From NCBI RefSeq assembly GCF_000008365.1, contig NC_006908.1, positions 60,001 to 92,000 on the forward strand: DNA of 32,000 nucleotides. The letters run 5' to 3'. Position 1 is the stretch's first letter. Every line of letters starts with the position of its first letter. The position numbers and the translations under genes are program-made. This document shows positions 10,641-21,511 of the stretch, piece by piece. This stretch comes from Mycoplasma mobile 163K. Lineage in GTDB: Bacteria > Bacillota_I > Bacilli_A > Mycoplasmatales > Metamycoplasmataceae. The notes beneath the pieces were generated by a model. It worked only from the letters and a program-made list of their open reading frames with translations. It had not been told where the DNA came from and made no database searches.

Positions 10641-12221
10641 ATGAAAAACTGACAAAAAATTTCTATTATAGGATCAATAATTGTATCAATTTCTGCAATT
10701 TTAATTGCCCCATTTGCATTTAAATTTAGTCTTCCAAATGCAGGATTTAAACCAATTATTTATAATTATGCAGATTATATTTCTAAAGATTCAAGAATAA
10801 TTTTGGAAAAAAACTTTTCATATAGGACATATAATGATGCTCCACAATTCAAGCAACAGATTACTGAAGGTAAAACAATTGGAGGTGTGAGTAGTGATTT
10901 TCAAATTGCAGAATTCGCAATTCAAAATTTAATTAAACCAATTGATTTCAATGCTTTTTTTGGAACAACAGGAATTATTTATGATGAAAATTGAGCTAAA
11001 GATAATTATACTGATTTTGTATTTCAACAAATGTCTAATTATGATGCTTTTTTACAACAAAAATTTATAGAGCAAGGAAAATCACTAGAAGAGGCTAAAA
11101 ATTTAGGTCAATTATGAAAATGAACAATCCCATATTTTACTCAAGATAAAGTAATTTCCTTTAATGTTGAAAGATTAGAGAATTTGAGTGCTGCAGAAAA
11201 ACAAGATTGATTAAAATTATCTCCTGAAGCATTAAATGCTAAATTTGCAGGTATGTCTTATGTTGATGTTTTTAAAAAATTTAGACAATTAGGAGCACAA
11301 AAATTTGCTATCAATGATATTCATAGACAAAACAATGCAATTGGATCAACTTATAATCCAACTAATCCTTCAGAGAATAACCCTGATGCAACAGGGATAC
11401 TAAATCAAGCAAATTTTAGAACTCAAACAGATAATTTTGTAAAAATTGTTGAAGAAGGAACAGGATTTAGAATCAATGATCCTACAAGAATTGAATTAAA
11501 CCCTTTTAATGTAGAAATATTATCTAATTTAATCAACCCTCAAAGAAATGATGCTGTTGGAGTAATTTATAATGGAGATGCAATTCAAACACTTTTTACC
11601 TCCTTTGTTTTTCCTGAAATTTACAAAAACCCAAATTTGATAGAAAAAAATCCTGTAAGAACAATTAGAGTGGCTAATCCAATTTCTCTTTTAGATGGAT
11701 TTGTAGTTGCTAACAAAATTAGTCCCGAATTAGAAAAGCAGTTTTTATCAACAATTTACAGTGCTGCTTTTGATGGGACTTATGGTTTAGGTGAATTTCA
11801 AAATGGAATTTTAGCAAGCGATTTAAGTGTTTCAACACACACAGAAATTGTAGGAAGTGCAACTGTTGTTGAAGCAATTAATAAAATTACTGCAAAGGAT
11901 CTTATTGGTGAAAATCAGTATAAGAAATTAGCTAATACAAATGGATTTTTAAATTTTAATTTTGTGACATATACTCCACCTACTAGGTACCAAAATAATA
12001 TTGTCCTAAATCATTATTATAGTGATTTAGTCAAAAATTTATATAGTGGTTTTAAAGAATTTGACATAGCTAAAACAACTCTTATTGAAAATTGAGCAAA
12101 ATACATTATTTCAATAAATATTCCTCGGTTAAATAGTTTAAAAACTCTTGTTATTAGCCCCACAAATAATTTTATTAATTCCATTTCATTAAGTTATTAT
12201 CGTGAAAAAACAACTTCTTAG
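10641..12221 (+). CDS. potD: PotD-like polyamine-binding protein, signal-anchored, copy 2 (526 aa)
   Basis: ATG 10641. Track ORFs 10803..10994 and 11253..12095 are in frame and joined via TGA=Trp, ending at TAG 12219-12221. It is collinear with copy 1 at a constant offset of 1772 nt over the first ~640 nt. Confidence 0.75.
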
Positions 12222-12256
12222 AAAAAAAACATTAAAATATAATGTAATTAGGAATT

Positions 12257-12484
12257 ATGGAAAAAAATACGATTAAAGAATTAGAAGATATTGCCTTATT
12301 ATTAGAAAAATTCGAAAACTTTTTAACTGAAAATCAAAGAAAAGTCCTTTCTTATAGATTTTTAGAAGATTATTCTTATCAAGAAATAGCAGACATTTTG
12401 AAAATTTCTAAACCTGCTTCTTATGATGCTGTTAATAAAGCAAAACAAAAACTTTTAGATATTTCAAAAAAACTACAAGTGTAG
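12257..12484 (+). CDS. ylxM: YlxM/UPF0122-family helix-turn-helix protein (sigma-70 region-4-like, 75 aa)
   Basis: Intact track ORF. LTENQRKVLSYRFLEDYSYQEIADILKISKPASYDAVNKAKQKL lines up with the conserved core of Firmicute YlxM as I remember it (LT.KQ....LYY..D.SL.EIAE....SRQAVYD.IKR). Confidence 0.7.
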   Translation: MEKNTIKELEDIALLLEKFENFLTENQRKVLSYRFLEDYSYQEIADILKISKPASYDAVNKAKQKLLDISKKLQV

Positions 12485-12491
12485 TTTTTTT
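12466..12491 (+). terminator. Hairpin with T-tract overlapping the ylxM-like stop codon
   Basis: AAAAAAACTACA-AG-TGTAGTTTTTTT forms perfect 12-nt complementary arms ending in T7. The stop TAG (12482-12484) lies in the 3' arm. The stem is AT-rich, so function is uncertain. Confidence 0.4.
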
Positions 12492-12524
12492 GTACTATAA
12501 TTTAATAAAGTTTTGGAGTGTGTA

Positions 12525-13250
12525 ATGAAATATAAAAGAATATTGTTAAAACTATCTGGAGAAGGTTTGTCAAATAAGAAAAAAAGCTTACTTATTGATT
12601 ATGAAATTGTAAAGAACATCGCGATTCAATTGCAAAAAATTCATAAACAAGGTTATGAAGTAGCTATTGTTGTAGGAGGAGGAAATTTTTGAAGAGGAGA
12701 GAGCGCTTCAAAAAATGGAATTCCTAGAACTAGAGCCGATTATATTGGAATGCTCGCAACAACAATGAATGCTTTAGCTTTACAATCAGGTTTTGAATCA
12801 GTAGGTTTAAAAGCAAGAGTTCAATCTTCTCTTTCAATTGATGGCAAGGTTGCAGAAAACTATATTACAGAAAAAGCTAAACATTATTTAAGTAATGGAG
12901 AAATTGTAATTTTTGCTGGTGGAACAGGAAGACCTTTTTTCACTACTGATACTGCTGCAACTTTAGTTGCTTCAGAAATGCAATGCGATGTTCTACTAAT
13001 GGCTAAAAATGGAGTAAATGGTGTTTATGATGCAGATCCAAAAGTTTCTCCATCAGCAATTAAATTTGATAGTTTATCTTATGATGAACTTTTACATATT
13101 GTCTTGACAAATGGTCTGAAAATTATGGATTCTACTTCTGTAACTATGGCAAAAGAAAATAATATCAAAATTTTGGTTTTTGATATCCAAGAAAAAGATT
13201 CAATTTTAAAAGTCCTAGAAGGAAACGCAGAACATACAAAGGTAGAGTAA
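12525..13250 (+). CDS. pyrH: UMP kinase (241 aa)
   Basis: ATG 12525 is in frame with track ORF 12750..13250. The N-terminus MKYKRILLKLSGEGL and the motif VVGGGNF-W-RG are present, with the Trp encoded by TGA 12690-12692. Confidence 0.95.
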
Positions 13251-13253
13251 ATT

Positions 13254-13805
13254 ATGGAATTAAATTTTTATACAAACAAAGTAAAATTAGAGATGGAAAA
13301 AGCTGTTCAAACTTATTCAAATCAAATTGCTAAAATTAGTGCTGGTAAAGCTAATCCAAAATTGATTAGTGGAATTAAATTTATTTATTATGATGAACCA
13401 ATGAGCATTGAAGAAATGGCTGCTATTTCAGTTCCAGAAGCTCAACAAATTTTGATTAAACCTTATGATATTAAAACAACTAAAAATATTATTGAATCTT
13501 TAAATAAAATGAATTATGACATGCAAATCGTTGATGAAGGGGCTCAAGTTAGATTAAAATTCCCTGCTCTTACGACTGAAAGAAGAAAGGAATTAGTTAA
13601 GCAACTTGTAAAATTAAATGAATCTGCAAAAGTTGCAATAAGACAAGTCAGACAAGACGAAAACAAATTAATCAAAAAAGATGAAGAACTTAGCGAAGAT
13701 GAACAAAAAAAATATTTAGATGAAATTCAAAAATTAACAGATAAATATATTTTTAAAATTGAGGAATTAAATAAAGACAAAGAAAAAGAGTTAATGACAA
13801 TTTAA
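13254..13805 (+). CDS. frr: Ribosome recycling factor (183 aa)
   Basis: Intact track ORF of typical RRF length with typical sequence features (...ISAGKANPKLISGIKFIYYDEPMSIEEMAAISVPEAQQILIKPYD...). It starts 3 nt after pyrH. Confidence 0.95.
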   Translation: MELNFYTNKVKLEMEKAVQTYSNQIAKISAGKANPKLISGIKFIYYDEPMSIEEMAAISVPEAQQILIKPYDIKTTKNIIESLNKMNYDMQIVDEGAQVRLKFPALTTERRKELVKQLVKLNESAKVAIRQVRQDENKLIKKDEELSEDEQKKYLDEIQKLTDKYIFKIEELNKDKEKELMTI

Positions 13806-13806
13806 A

Positions 13807-14820
13807 ATGAAAATATTTAAAAAATCACCTTTTTCTCTTATTAAAAATAATGTTCTTAGAAAATCAATTATTGGATTATTAATTTTTATTGTTATTCTTT
13901 CAATAACACTATTAATTAGGTTTTTAAATCTATCTGGTGCAATTATTGGATTCTTTTTTTATAGTATTTTACTTGGAATTTTCTTTGTAGAATTTACAAC
14001 ACATTATGGATTTAAAAAATGACAACAATTTATATTAATTTCTATTGCAATTTTAATATTTGTTTTTCCTATAAATTTTTATTCTAGTTTATTAAGATCT
14101 AATGGATTTGATCCAATTAATTATAATGAAACAGGATTAAGAGAATCATTACCTAGTAATTTAATTTCTCCTTTTGTTTTTTCTCCAATTCTTCCTTCAA
14201 ATTTCTCATTTCCTAACTACTTGATTTTACTTGTTTTAGCAATTTTGACTCTCTTGTTTTTTGCCTTAAATAGCAAATTGACAATTAGAGATATCCCCAA
14301 AATTCTAATTGTAACTTTTGTGATAATTTTCTTCGTTATTTTTTCAAGATTTATATTTTTTTTAAATTTTAGCTCTTACACTTTGTTTATTATGCTTATT
14401 GTTGGTGTGATTTTTGCAGATTCATTTGCCTATTTTGGTGGAAAACTTCTTGGACAAAAAATTTTCAAAAGGAAATTGGCTCCTACTATTTCGCCCAACA
14501 AAACAATAGAAGGAGCTATTATAGGAACTTTATTTTCAGCAATATTTATTTTAGGATGGGGATATGGCACAAATGTTTTTGGAAATTACAGATATTCATT
14601 AGATGCAAATGCATTTGCAATAATTTGTGCTTTAATAATTCCAATTATTTCCATTTTTGGAGATTTGTTCTTTTCTTGAATTAAAAGAAATCTAAAAATT
14701 AAAGATTTTTCTGTTTTTTTTCCTGAACATGGAGGACTTTTAGATCGTTTCGATTCACTTTCTTTTGCTACTTGATTTATTTCGTTGGTTTTAATTTTTG
14801 CAGGAGTGCTATTTATTTAA
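13807..14820 (+). CDS. cdsA: Phosphatidate cytidylyltransferase (CDP-diglyceride synthase, 337 aa)
   Basis: Track ORFs 13807..14022 and 14221..14679 are in frame, joined through TGA and extended to TAA 14818-14820. The CdsA signature is completed only after TGA read-through: SW-IKRNLKIKDFSVFFPEHGGLLDRFDS. Confidence 0.85.
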
Positions 14821-14867
14821 AATTGATTTTTTTAAACTAAAATTAAATTTTCTATAATAATACAACT

Positions 14868-17800
14868 ATGATAAAAAAACAAGCTTTTGAAAAATTTTGT
14901 AAAGAAATTAATTATTTAATTCCTCAGGAATTAGAAAACACTTTTATTATTAAAAGTGTTTTAGATCATAAGATTGATGCTTTTGTTTTACATTTTTCAA
15001 TTTTTTATGTAGTAGATTACAAAATTATTTCAAATTTTATAAATACAATAAAAAAGAATTTTGCTTACAAAACAATTATAAAATTTTCAATTGAAAATCT
15101 TGTTTATAAACAAGAAACTATTTTAGATTACATTAATAATTTAATTTTTAATATTTATAAAATTGAAGATTTCATAAATAATTTAAATAAAAACAATTTT
15201 CAAATGGCTGAAAACGGGGTTTTAAAAATTTTTTATACTTCCGAACATGAAAAAAACAGATATCAAAATTATCAAAATTTCATAGAAATAAGCATGGAAA
15301 ATTTGGGTTTTGAAACTTTCAAAATTATTTTTGAAAAATCAGAAATTTTCCTTCAGCAAGAAAATGATGATGAGAAACTAATTGCTGATTTTTTGAAAAA
15401 TCAAAATTTATCTAAAAATATAGAAGAAAAAAAATCAAAAATTTTTAAATCAAGTTCAAAAAAAATGTATAAAAAAACTGTCAAGGAACTTTATGATACT
15501 TTTGAACAAGATGTTTATGTTGAAGCTTATGTTGTTGATAAAAAAATATTTGAAACCAAAAACAAAAATCTAATTTTAACAATTACTATTTCAGATAATA
15601 CAGAAGCCATCAAGCTTAGAAGATTCTTCGAATCAAAAGATCAATTGAATAGTTTTGATATAACAAATATTGGGGATTTTATTGTAATAGAAGGAAAAGT
15701 AGATTTTGATACTTTCAATAAAGAAAAAATTATTTACCCAAAAACAATTACAATTTCAAAAGACAAAAAAGAATCAAGTGTTGATATGGAAATTGAAAAG
15801 AGAATTGAACTTTCAATTAGAACTACTATGTCCACAATGGACGGTTTTAAAGAAGCAGATGATTTTGTTAGTTTTGCTAAACAACTAAATCATGAATCAT
15901 TAGCTATAGTAGATATTGATTCTGTTCAATCTTTCCCAAATTTTTTTAATGCAGTAAAAAAAGCTAATATTAAAGGAATTTATGGTGCTTCTTTTAGTAC
16001 TATTTTCAAAAATAATCAAGCAATAAAAAATTTGAAAAAGAACACTTTAATTAAAAATGAAACATATGTTGTTTTTGATTTGGAAACAACAGGTTTAAGT
16101 CCTATTTTTGATGATATTATTGAATTTGGAGCACAAAAAATTTTAAATGGGAAAGTAATAGATACTCTTCAATTTTTTGTAAAGCCAAACAAAGAAATTT
16201 CCGAAAAAATAACTTTGATTACTGGAATTAAAAATCAAGATGTAGAAAATGCAATTTCAGAAAAAGAAGCGCTTAAAAAAATTCTAGAATTTATGGGTGA
16301 TCATACTGTAGTAGCTCATAATGCTACTTTTGATATGAATTTTATTAATGAAAAAATAGAAAAGTACAATTTTCAAGAATCAAATCTGCAAATTATAGAT
16401 ACTTTGGTTGTCTCAAAGATTATTGAACCAGAAGCAAAAAAATTTAGTCTTGAAAATTTAGCTTCAAGATCAGGAATTATTTACAATTCAACTGAAGCAC
16501 ATAGAGCCGATTATGATGCTGATGTGCTTGCAAAAGTTTGAAATCTATACATTCAAAAATTGTCAGATATGAATGTAAAATATTTTGATGATATTTACAA
16601 TTTTAAAAGCAATATTATTTATGAAAAAACAAGACCTTTTGAAATTACAATTCTTGCTAAAAATCAATCAGGCTTAAAAGAATTATTTCAAAAAATTTCC
16701 TTAACATCTACTAAACAATATTTTAATGGTCCCAAAATGTTTTTTGAAGATCTATTAGAGAAATCTAAAAATATTTTAATTGGTTCTGGAACTTTGAAAT
16801 CATTAATTATAAATGAAGTTTTTAGAGGAACAAGAAAAGGCTTAAGAGAATACTTAAAATATTTTGATTATGTAGAAATCATTCCTCCAAAAAATTTTTC
16901 TCATTGAATAAAAAATGAAGACATTCTTAAAGAAGAACTTTTAGAAGGCTTAAAAATTTTAGTAGAAGAATCTAAAAAACTGAATAAAATAGTAGTTGCT
17001 GTCGGAGATGTAAGGTATGTTCAAAAAGATGAGAAAATACTTCACGAGATTTACATCAATGCAAAAGGTCTTCAAGGGATAAGACATCCTTTATTTAAAT
17101 ATGATCAAAGTGAAACAGATTATCCAACTTTAAATTATTTAAATACTCAAGAAATGATTGATCAATTTCTTTTTTTACAAGACAATGATCTTATTAAAGA
17201 AATAGTTGTAAAAAACACCCATTTAATTTCAAATCAAATTGAAAATAACATTGAAGTAATTAAAAAAGATCTTTTTACACCAAAAATTGAAAATTCTGCA
17301 AATTTATTGCGAGAATTAGTTTATGCAAAAGCTTTTGAAATTTATGGCAAAAATTTACCTGAATTAATCATCTCAAGAATTGAAAAAGAACTCAATCCAA
17401 TTATAGAACAAGGATATGATGTTATATATTGAATTTCTCATAAAATTGTAGCAAAATCTTTAGAAGATGGATATATTGTAGGTTCAAGAGGCTCTGTAGG
17501 TTCTTCGTTAGTTGCTTATTTAAGCGGGATTACTGAAGTTAACCCTTTACCTCCTCATTATATTTGTTCGAATTGTAAAGATTGTGAATTTATTAAGAAT
17601 TTAGATATCACTTCAGGATACGATTTACCTCATAAAAACTGCAATAATTGTTATAAAGCATTAAAAAGAGAAGGTCAAACAATTCCGTTTGAAACTTTTT
17701 TAGGTTTTGGAGCTAATAAAGTTCCTGATATTGATTTAAATTTTTCAAATGAATATCAACATATTGTTCATGACGAAGTAAGAAAATGATTTGGAGAAGA

Positions 17801-19169
17801 TCATTGTTTTAGAGCTGGAACAATATCTAAAACAGCTGACAAAACTGCTTATGGTTATGTTCTTGCTTGAGCTGAAGAAAATAATTTGACTTTTTCTAAT
17901 GCTTTTATTGGTTATTTAGCTTCAAAAATTGTAGGAACAAAAAGAACAACAGGACAACATCCCGGGGGAATTATAGTTATTCCAAAAGACTTTTCAGTAG
18001 AAGACTTTACTCCGATTAATTTTCCAGCAAATGATCCTAATTCTAGTTGAAAAACAACTCATTTTGATTTCCATGCAATACATGATAATGTTTTAAAGTT
18101 AGATTTATTAGGGCACAATGATCCAACAGCAATTAAATTTTTAACTTCTTTAACAAATGTGAATGTTTTTGACATTCCTTTTAATGATGAAAAAGTTTTA
18201 AGTTTATTTACTTCAACAAAAGCTTTAAACATTAAACCAGAAGACATTTCAGGTGAACATACAGGAGCTTTAGGTTTTCCTGAGTTTGGAACAACATTTG
18301 TTAGAAAGATGTTGGTTTCTGCTAAAGCTAAATCATTTTCTGATTTGATTTCAGTATCAGGGCTATCACATGGAACTGATGTTTGAAATAACAACGCTGA
18401 AGATTTAATTTTAAAGAAGAATTTACAGTTAAAAGACATCATTTCTTGTAGAGATGACATCATGGTTTTTTTAATAACAAAAGGTGTTAATGAATTGAAA
18501 GCATTTCAAATTATGGAAAATGTTCGTAAAGGTAAAGGTCTAAATTCAGAAGAAGAACAACTGTTAAAAGCTCACAAGGTTTCTGATTGGTATATAGATT
18601 CTTTGAATAAAATCAAATACATGTTTCCAAAAGCTCATGCAGCCGCTTATGTAATGATGGCTTGAAGAATTGCATGATTTAAATTGTACTATCCATTAGA
18701 ATTCTATGCTTCTTATTTCACGACAAGAGCTGATTTTATAGATATTAAAATTATGTCTTCTACAAAAAAAACAATTAGTGAAAAACTAAGTGATTTTAAA
18801 AGAAGAAGAAATTCAAAGGGAGAAGATAAACTAAGTGCAAAAGAACAAGGATTAATAACAGTTTTAGAAATTGCAGAAGAAATGTATGCAAGAGGTTTTA
18901 AAATTTCGAAGATTAGTATAAATAAATCTGAAGCGACAAATTGAATTATTGATAAAGAATCAAATAGTTTGATACCTCCTTTTAATGCCATGGATGGCTT
19001 AGGAGTTGCTGTAGCAGAAAGCATAATTGAACAAAGAAAGAAAAAACCTTTCATTTCAATTGAAGATGTTATTGAAAGAACTAGCGTAAATAAAACTTTA
19101 AATGAAAAGTTTATTGAATTAGAAATTTATGAAGACTTAAATGAATCAAATCAAACAAGTTTATTTTAA
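14868..19169 (+). CDS. polC: DNA polymerase III alpha subunit, PolC type (1433 aa)
   Basis: Seven track ORFs (14868, 16560, 17154, 18159, 18462, 18684, 18969) all lie in one frame and are separated only by TGA. It contains the DEDD exonuclease motif [11 protein letters not shown], a Zn-finger CSNCKDCEF...CNNC, and the catalytic core PDIDLNFS ...[11 protein letters not shown]... [19 protein letters not shown]. Confidence 0.97.
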
Positions 19170-19179
19170 TTAAAAAATT

Positions 19180-20163
19180 TTAGAAAATTAAATCTAAAAT
19201 TTCTTTTTTTTCAATTTTTCCAAAATATTCTTGAAGTTCAAAAGTATCTAAGATTTTGCTAAATTCATTTCTATCAAAATGTAAATTTATGATTTTTTCT
19301 TCAATCTCTTTTACATCCCTTGAACTTAAAAAATCTCCTTCAAAAACAAAATTTGTGAAATGATTTTTCTCAACATTATATTTTACTTTTAAAATTCCTC
19401 CTTCAAATTTTGCTTCTTCTGAAACTTCAAATTTAGGATTTTTTCCAAAAATTCATTCTTTACTTTTTCTAATTTCACTCAGATTTAACAACTCTTTTTC
19501 AAATTGTTTAATAGGCAAATCACTTAATTGGTATCCTTTTTCTATGAAAAAATTTTTCAATTTTTCAAGAAAAGTTTTTGAATCTATATCTTGATTGATT
19601 TGTTTTAATTCTTCTCTTATATTTGTGACCCTTTGCCTAATACTTTTTATACCTTTTGATGCAATTTTTAATTTATTAGGAATTAAAACCTTAGACATTT
19701 TAGAAAAGTCAACATCAAACAAAAGAGTCCCATGGTGACAAAAGGCATTTTCTAAAATAAACTGTGAATTACCACTAATCTTTGAATCATTTATTACAAG
19801 ATCATTTCTACCCTTAAAACTAGCATTCAGGCCAAGAGATTTTAAAAATTCCAAAACAGGTTCAAGGAACTCTTTATATGTTTTTCCGTTTTTTCTACTT
19901 GTAATAAAACTAAAATTTATATTACCTAAATCTTGATAAACAGCCCCACCACCACTTATTCTTCTTGCTAATTCGATTCCATTTTCTTCTATGAAGTTTA
20001 AATCAACTTCCTCATTTGTATTCTGATTTTTCCCTACTATTGAAACATTTTTATGTTGATACAAAAAAACAATGTTTTCATCTTGTTTTAAATTTCTTGC
20101 CAATATTTCTTCAAAAGGTAATGTAAAATAGGCGCTAGTATTTTGACTTATGTAAAGTTTCAT
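19180..20163 (-). CDS. lplA: Lipoate-protein ligase A (327 aa)
   Basis: Track ORF 19453..20163 (-) contains RRISGGGAVYQDLGNINFSF. It continues through TGA 19450-19452 into a C-terminal accessory domain (...WIFGKNPKFE...) and ends at TAA 19180-19182. It converges on polC with a 10-bp gap. Confidence 0.9.
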
Positions 20164-20483
20164 TATTTTTCCTCTACCAAATCAAAACTTGAAACATGTT
20201 TCATTTGTTTTTTAAAATTTTCTAAATCTTTTGAACTAAGTTTCAAATTTTCTAAATGAAGTAACTCTACTTTTCCATAATCTCATTTTCAACTATATTC
20301 ATTTTTTGACAAAAAATAAATTAGTTCAACAATAAAAATATCAAAGAAATTTTTTTCTTTTTCAATTTCTCTTAATACTTTTCTAATTTCAACTTTTAAT
20401 TCCCTATATGAATATGCAGTTATTACAAAATCAAAATGTAAATTTAAATCTTGTGCAGGTTTTGTTTGGTATTTCATTAACAT
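20163..20483 (-). CDS. Hypothetical protein (106 aa), translationally coupled to lplA
   Basis: Track ORF 20289..20483 (-) extends through two TGA codons (..NEYS-W-K-W-DYGKVELLHLENL..) to TAA 20163-20165, which shares one base with the lplA ATG (TAATG). I recognise no motif. Confidence 0.5.
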
Positions 20484-20582
20484 ACTTATATTTTATTACT
20501 AAAACAATTCTAAATAATTTTTTCATGAAAAAATCTTTTAAAAAAGATAAAAAAATTAATAAATATTTATAATATTAAAATT

Positions 20583-21500
20583 ATGAAGTGAAAAAACAAT
20601 TCAATAAAACCATTAACAAAAGACCAAATAGAAATTAAAACGCAAGAAAAATTAGTGAAAAATCCTATGACCAAAAGAAATATAATTGTTCTTTTGCTAG
20701 GAATATATGTACTAATAACAATAATTGCATTTTCAATTCATTCTTCTGTTGTAACAGAGACTTCATTTTCTATTTTAGTTAGCAAAATTAGAGAAACTAT
20801 TGCAGATAATGGAATTTCAGTTATTGGAAAAAGCTCAAAAATATCTTTTTTTGCAAGAGTTTTAATTTTTGGTTCTTTTGAGCAATGAATCTTTTTTACA
20901 ACAATTTCAAATTTATTTGTAGGATTTATGATGATTTTTTTTGCTTTATTTTCAAGTAAAAAACTACAAAGAGTTTTTTTTGTTTCAATATCATATATTA
21001 CAATAACTTTTATTATTTTTTGAACATTAATCGCTCCTGTATTAAATTTTAATGGAGGATTTGACACTTTCATTTCTATTAATAATCATTTTATAAATCC
21101 AGTTTTTGCTTTTGTTGCTTATTTCTTATTGAAAAAGAGAATTTTATCGGTTACAAATCGAACAATTTATTATTCATCAATTCCTATTTATGGGTATTTA
21201 CTTTTTGCAATGATTTTATTTTTTTCAAGTATTTCTTTAATGAAAAGTATTGATGCATCATTAACTTCAGGAGCAAATGTTTATTCATTTTTAAACTTTT
21301 TTGAACCATTTTTTTATAGAGGAGGTTCAATTCCTTTGGTAGTTTTTCTAAATATTATTATAGTTCTTTTAGCTTTTTGAATTCCTGTAGGTTTAGGATT
21401 TTTATTGAAATTCATTTCAAGATTAAAAATTGATAGATACAAAATTTTAACAATGTTTATAAAAGAAAAATTTTTAACTCAAAAAGATTTAGTTTCTTAA
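20583..21500 (+). CDS. Integral membrane protein of unknown function (305 aa)
   Basis: ATG 20583. Track ORFs 20655..20888 and 21129..21380 are in frame, joined by TGA=Trp, ending at TAA 21498-21500. There are about 6 hydrophobic helices and no recognisable catalytic motif. Confidence 0.6.
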
Positions 21501-21511
21501 TATTTGATAAT

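Larger units (their letters stand above)
8869..12221 (+). repeat. Tandem direct duplication (period 1772 bp) covering the two potD-like genes
   Basis: Direct comparison: 9094-9504 versus 10866-11276 differ at only about 3 positions by eye, while the 5' ~190 nt and the 3' ~250 nt of the genes are much more divergent and the 3' part contains indels. Short similarity also extends into both upstream leaders and about 40 bp past both stop codons (shared ATTAAAATAT ... TTATGG). Confidence 0.9.

Noticed and set aside
18059-19054. Minus-strand ORFs of 134 aa (18059..18463) and 113 aa (18713..19054).
   Set aside because: They lie entirely antisense to the strongly conserved polC frame. Their low-complexity, Ser/Phe/Lys-rich translations are typical of chance ORFs in AT-rich DNA.
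5713-19169. Apparent gene fragments or pseudogenes in the track: potA in 2 pieces, potD copies in 2-3 pieces, cdsA in 2, polC in 7.
   Set aside because: All the pieces are in the same frame and interrupted only by TGA, and conserved motifs continue across the breaks. These are intact genes under translation table 4, not pseudogenes.
20738-21073. 111-aa minus-strand ORF.
   Set aside because: It is antisense to the code-4 membrane-protein gene (20583..21500), which explains the region better. It has no start context and no motif.
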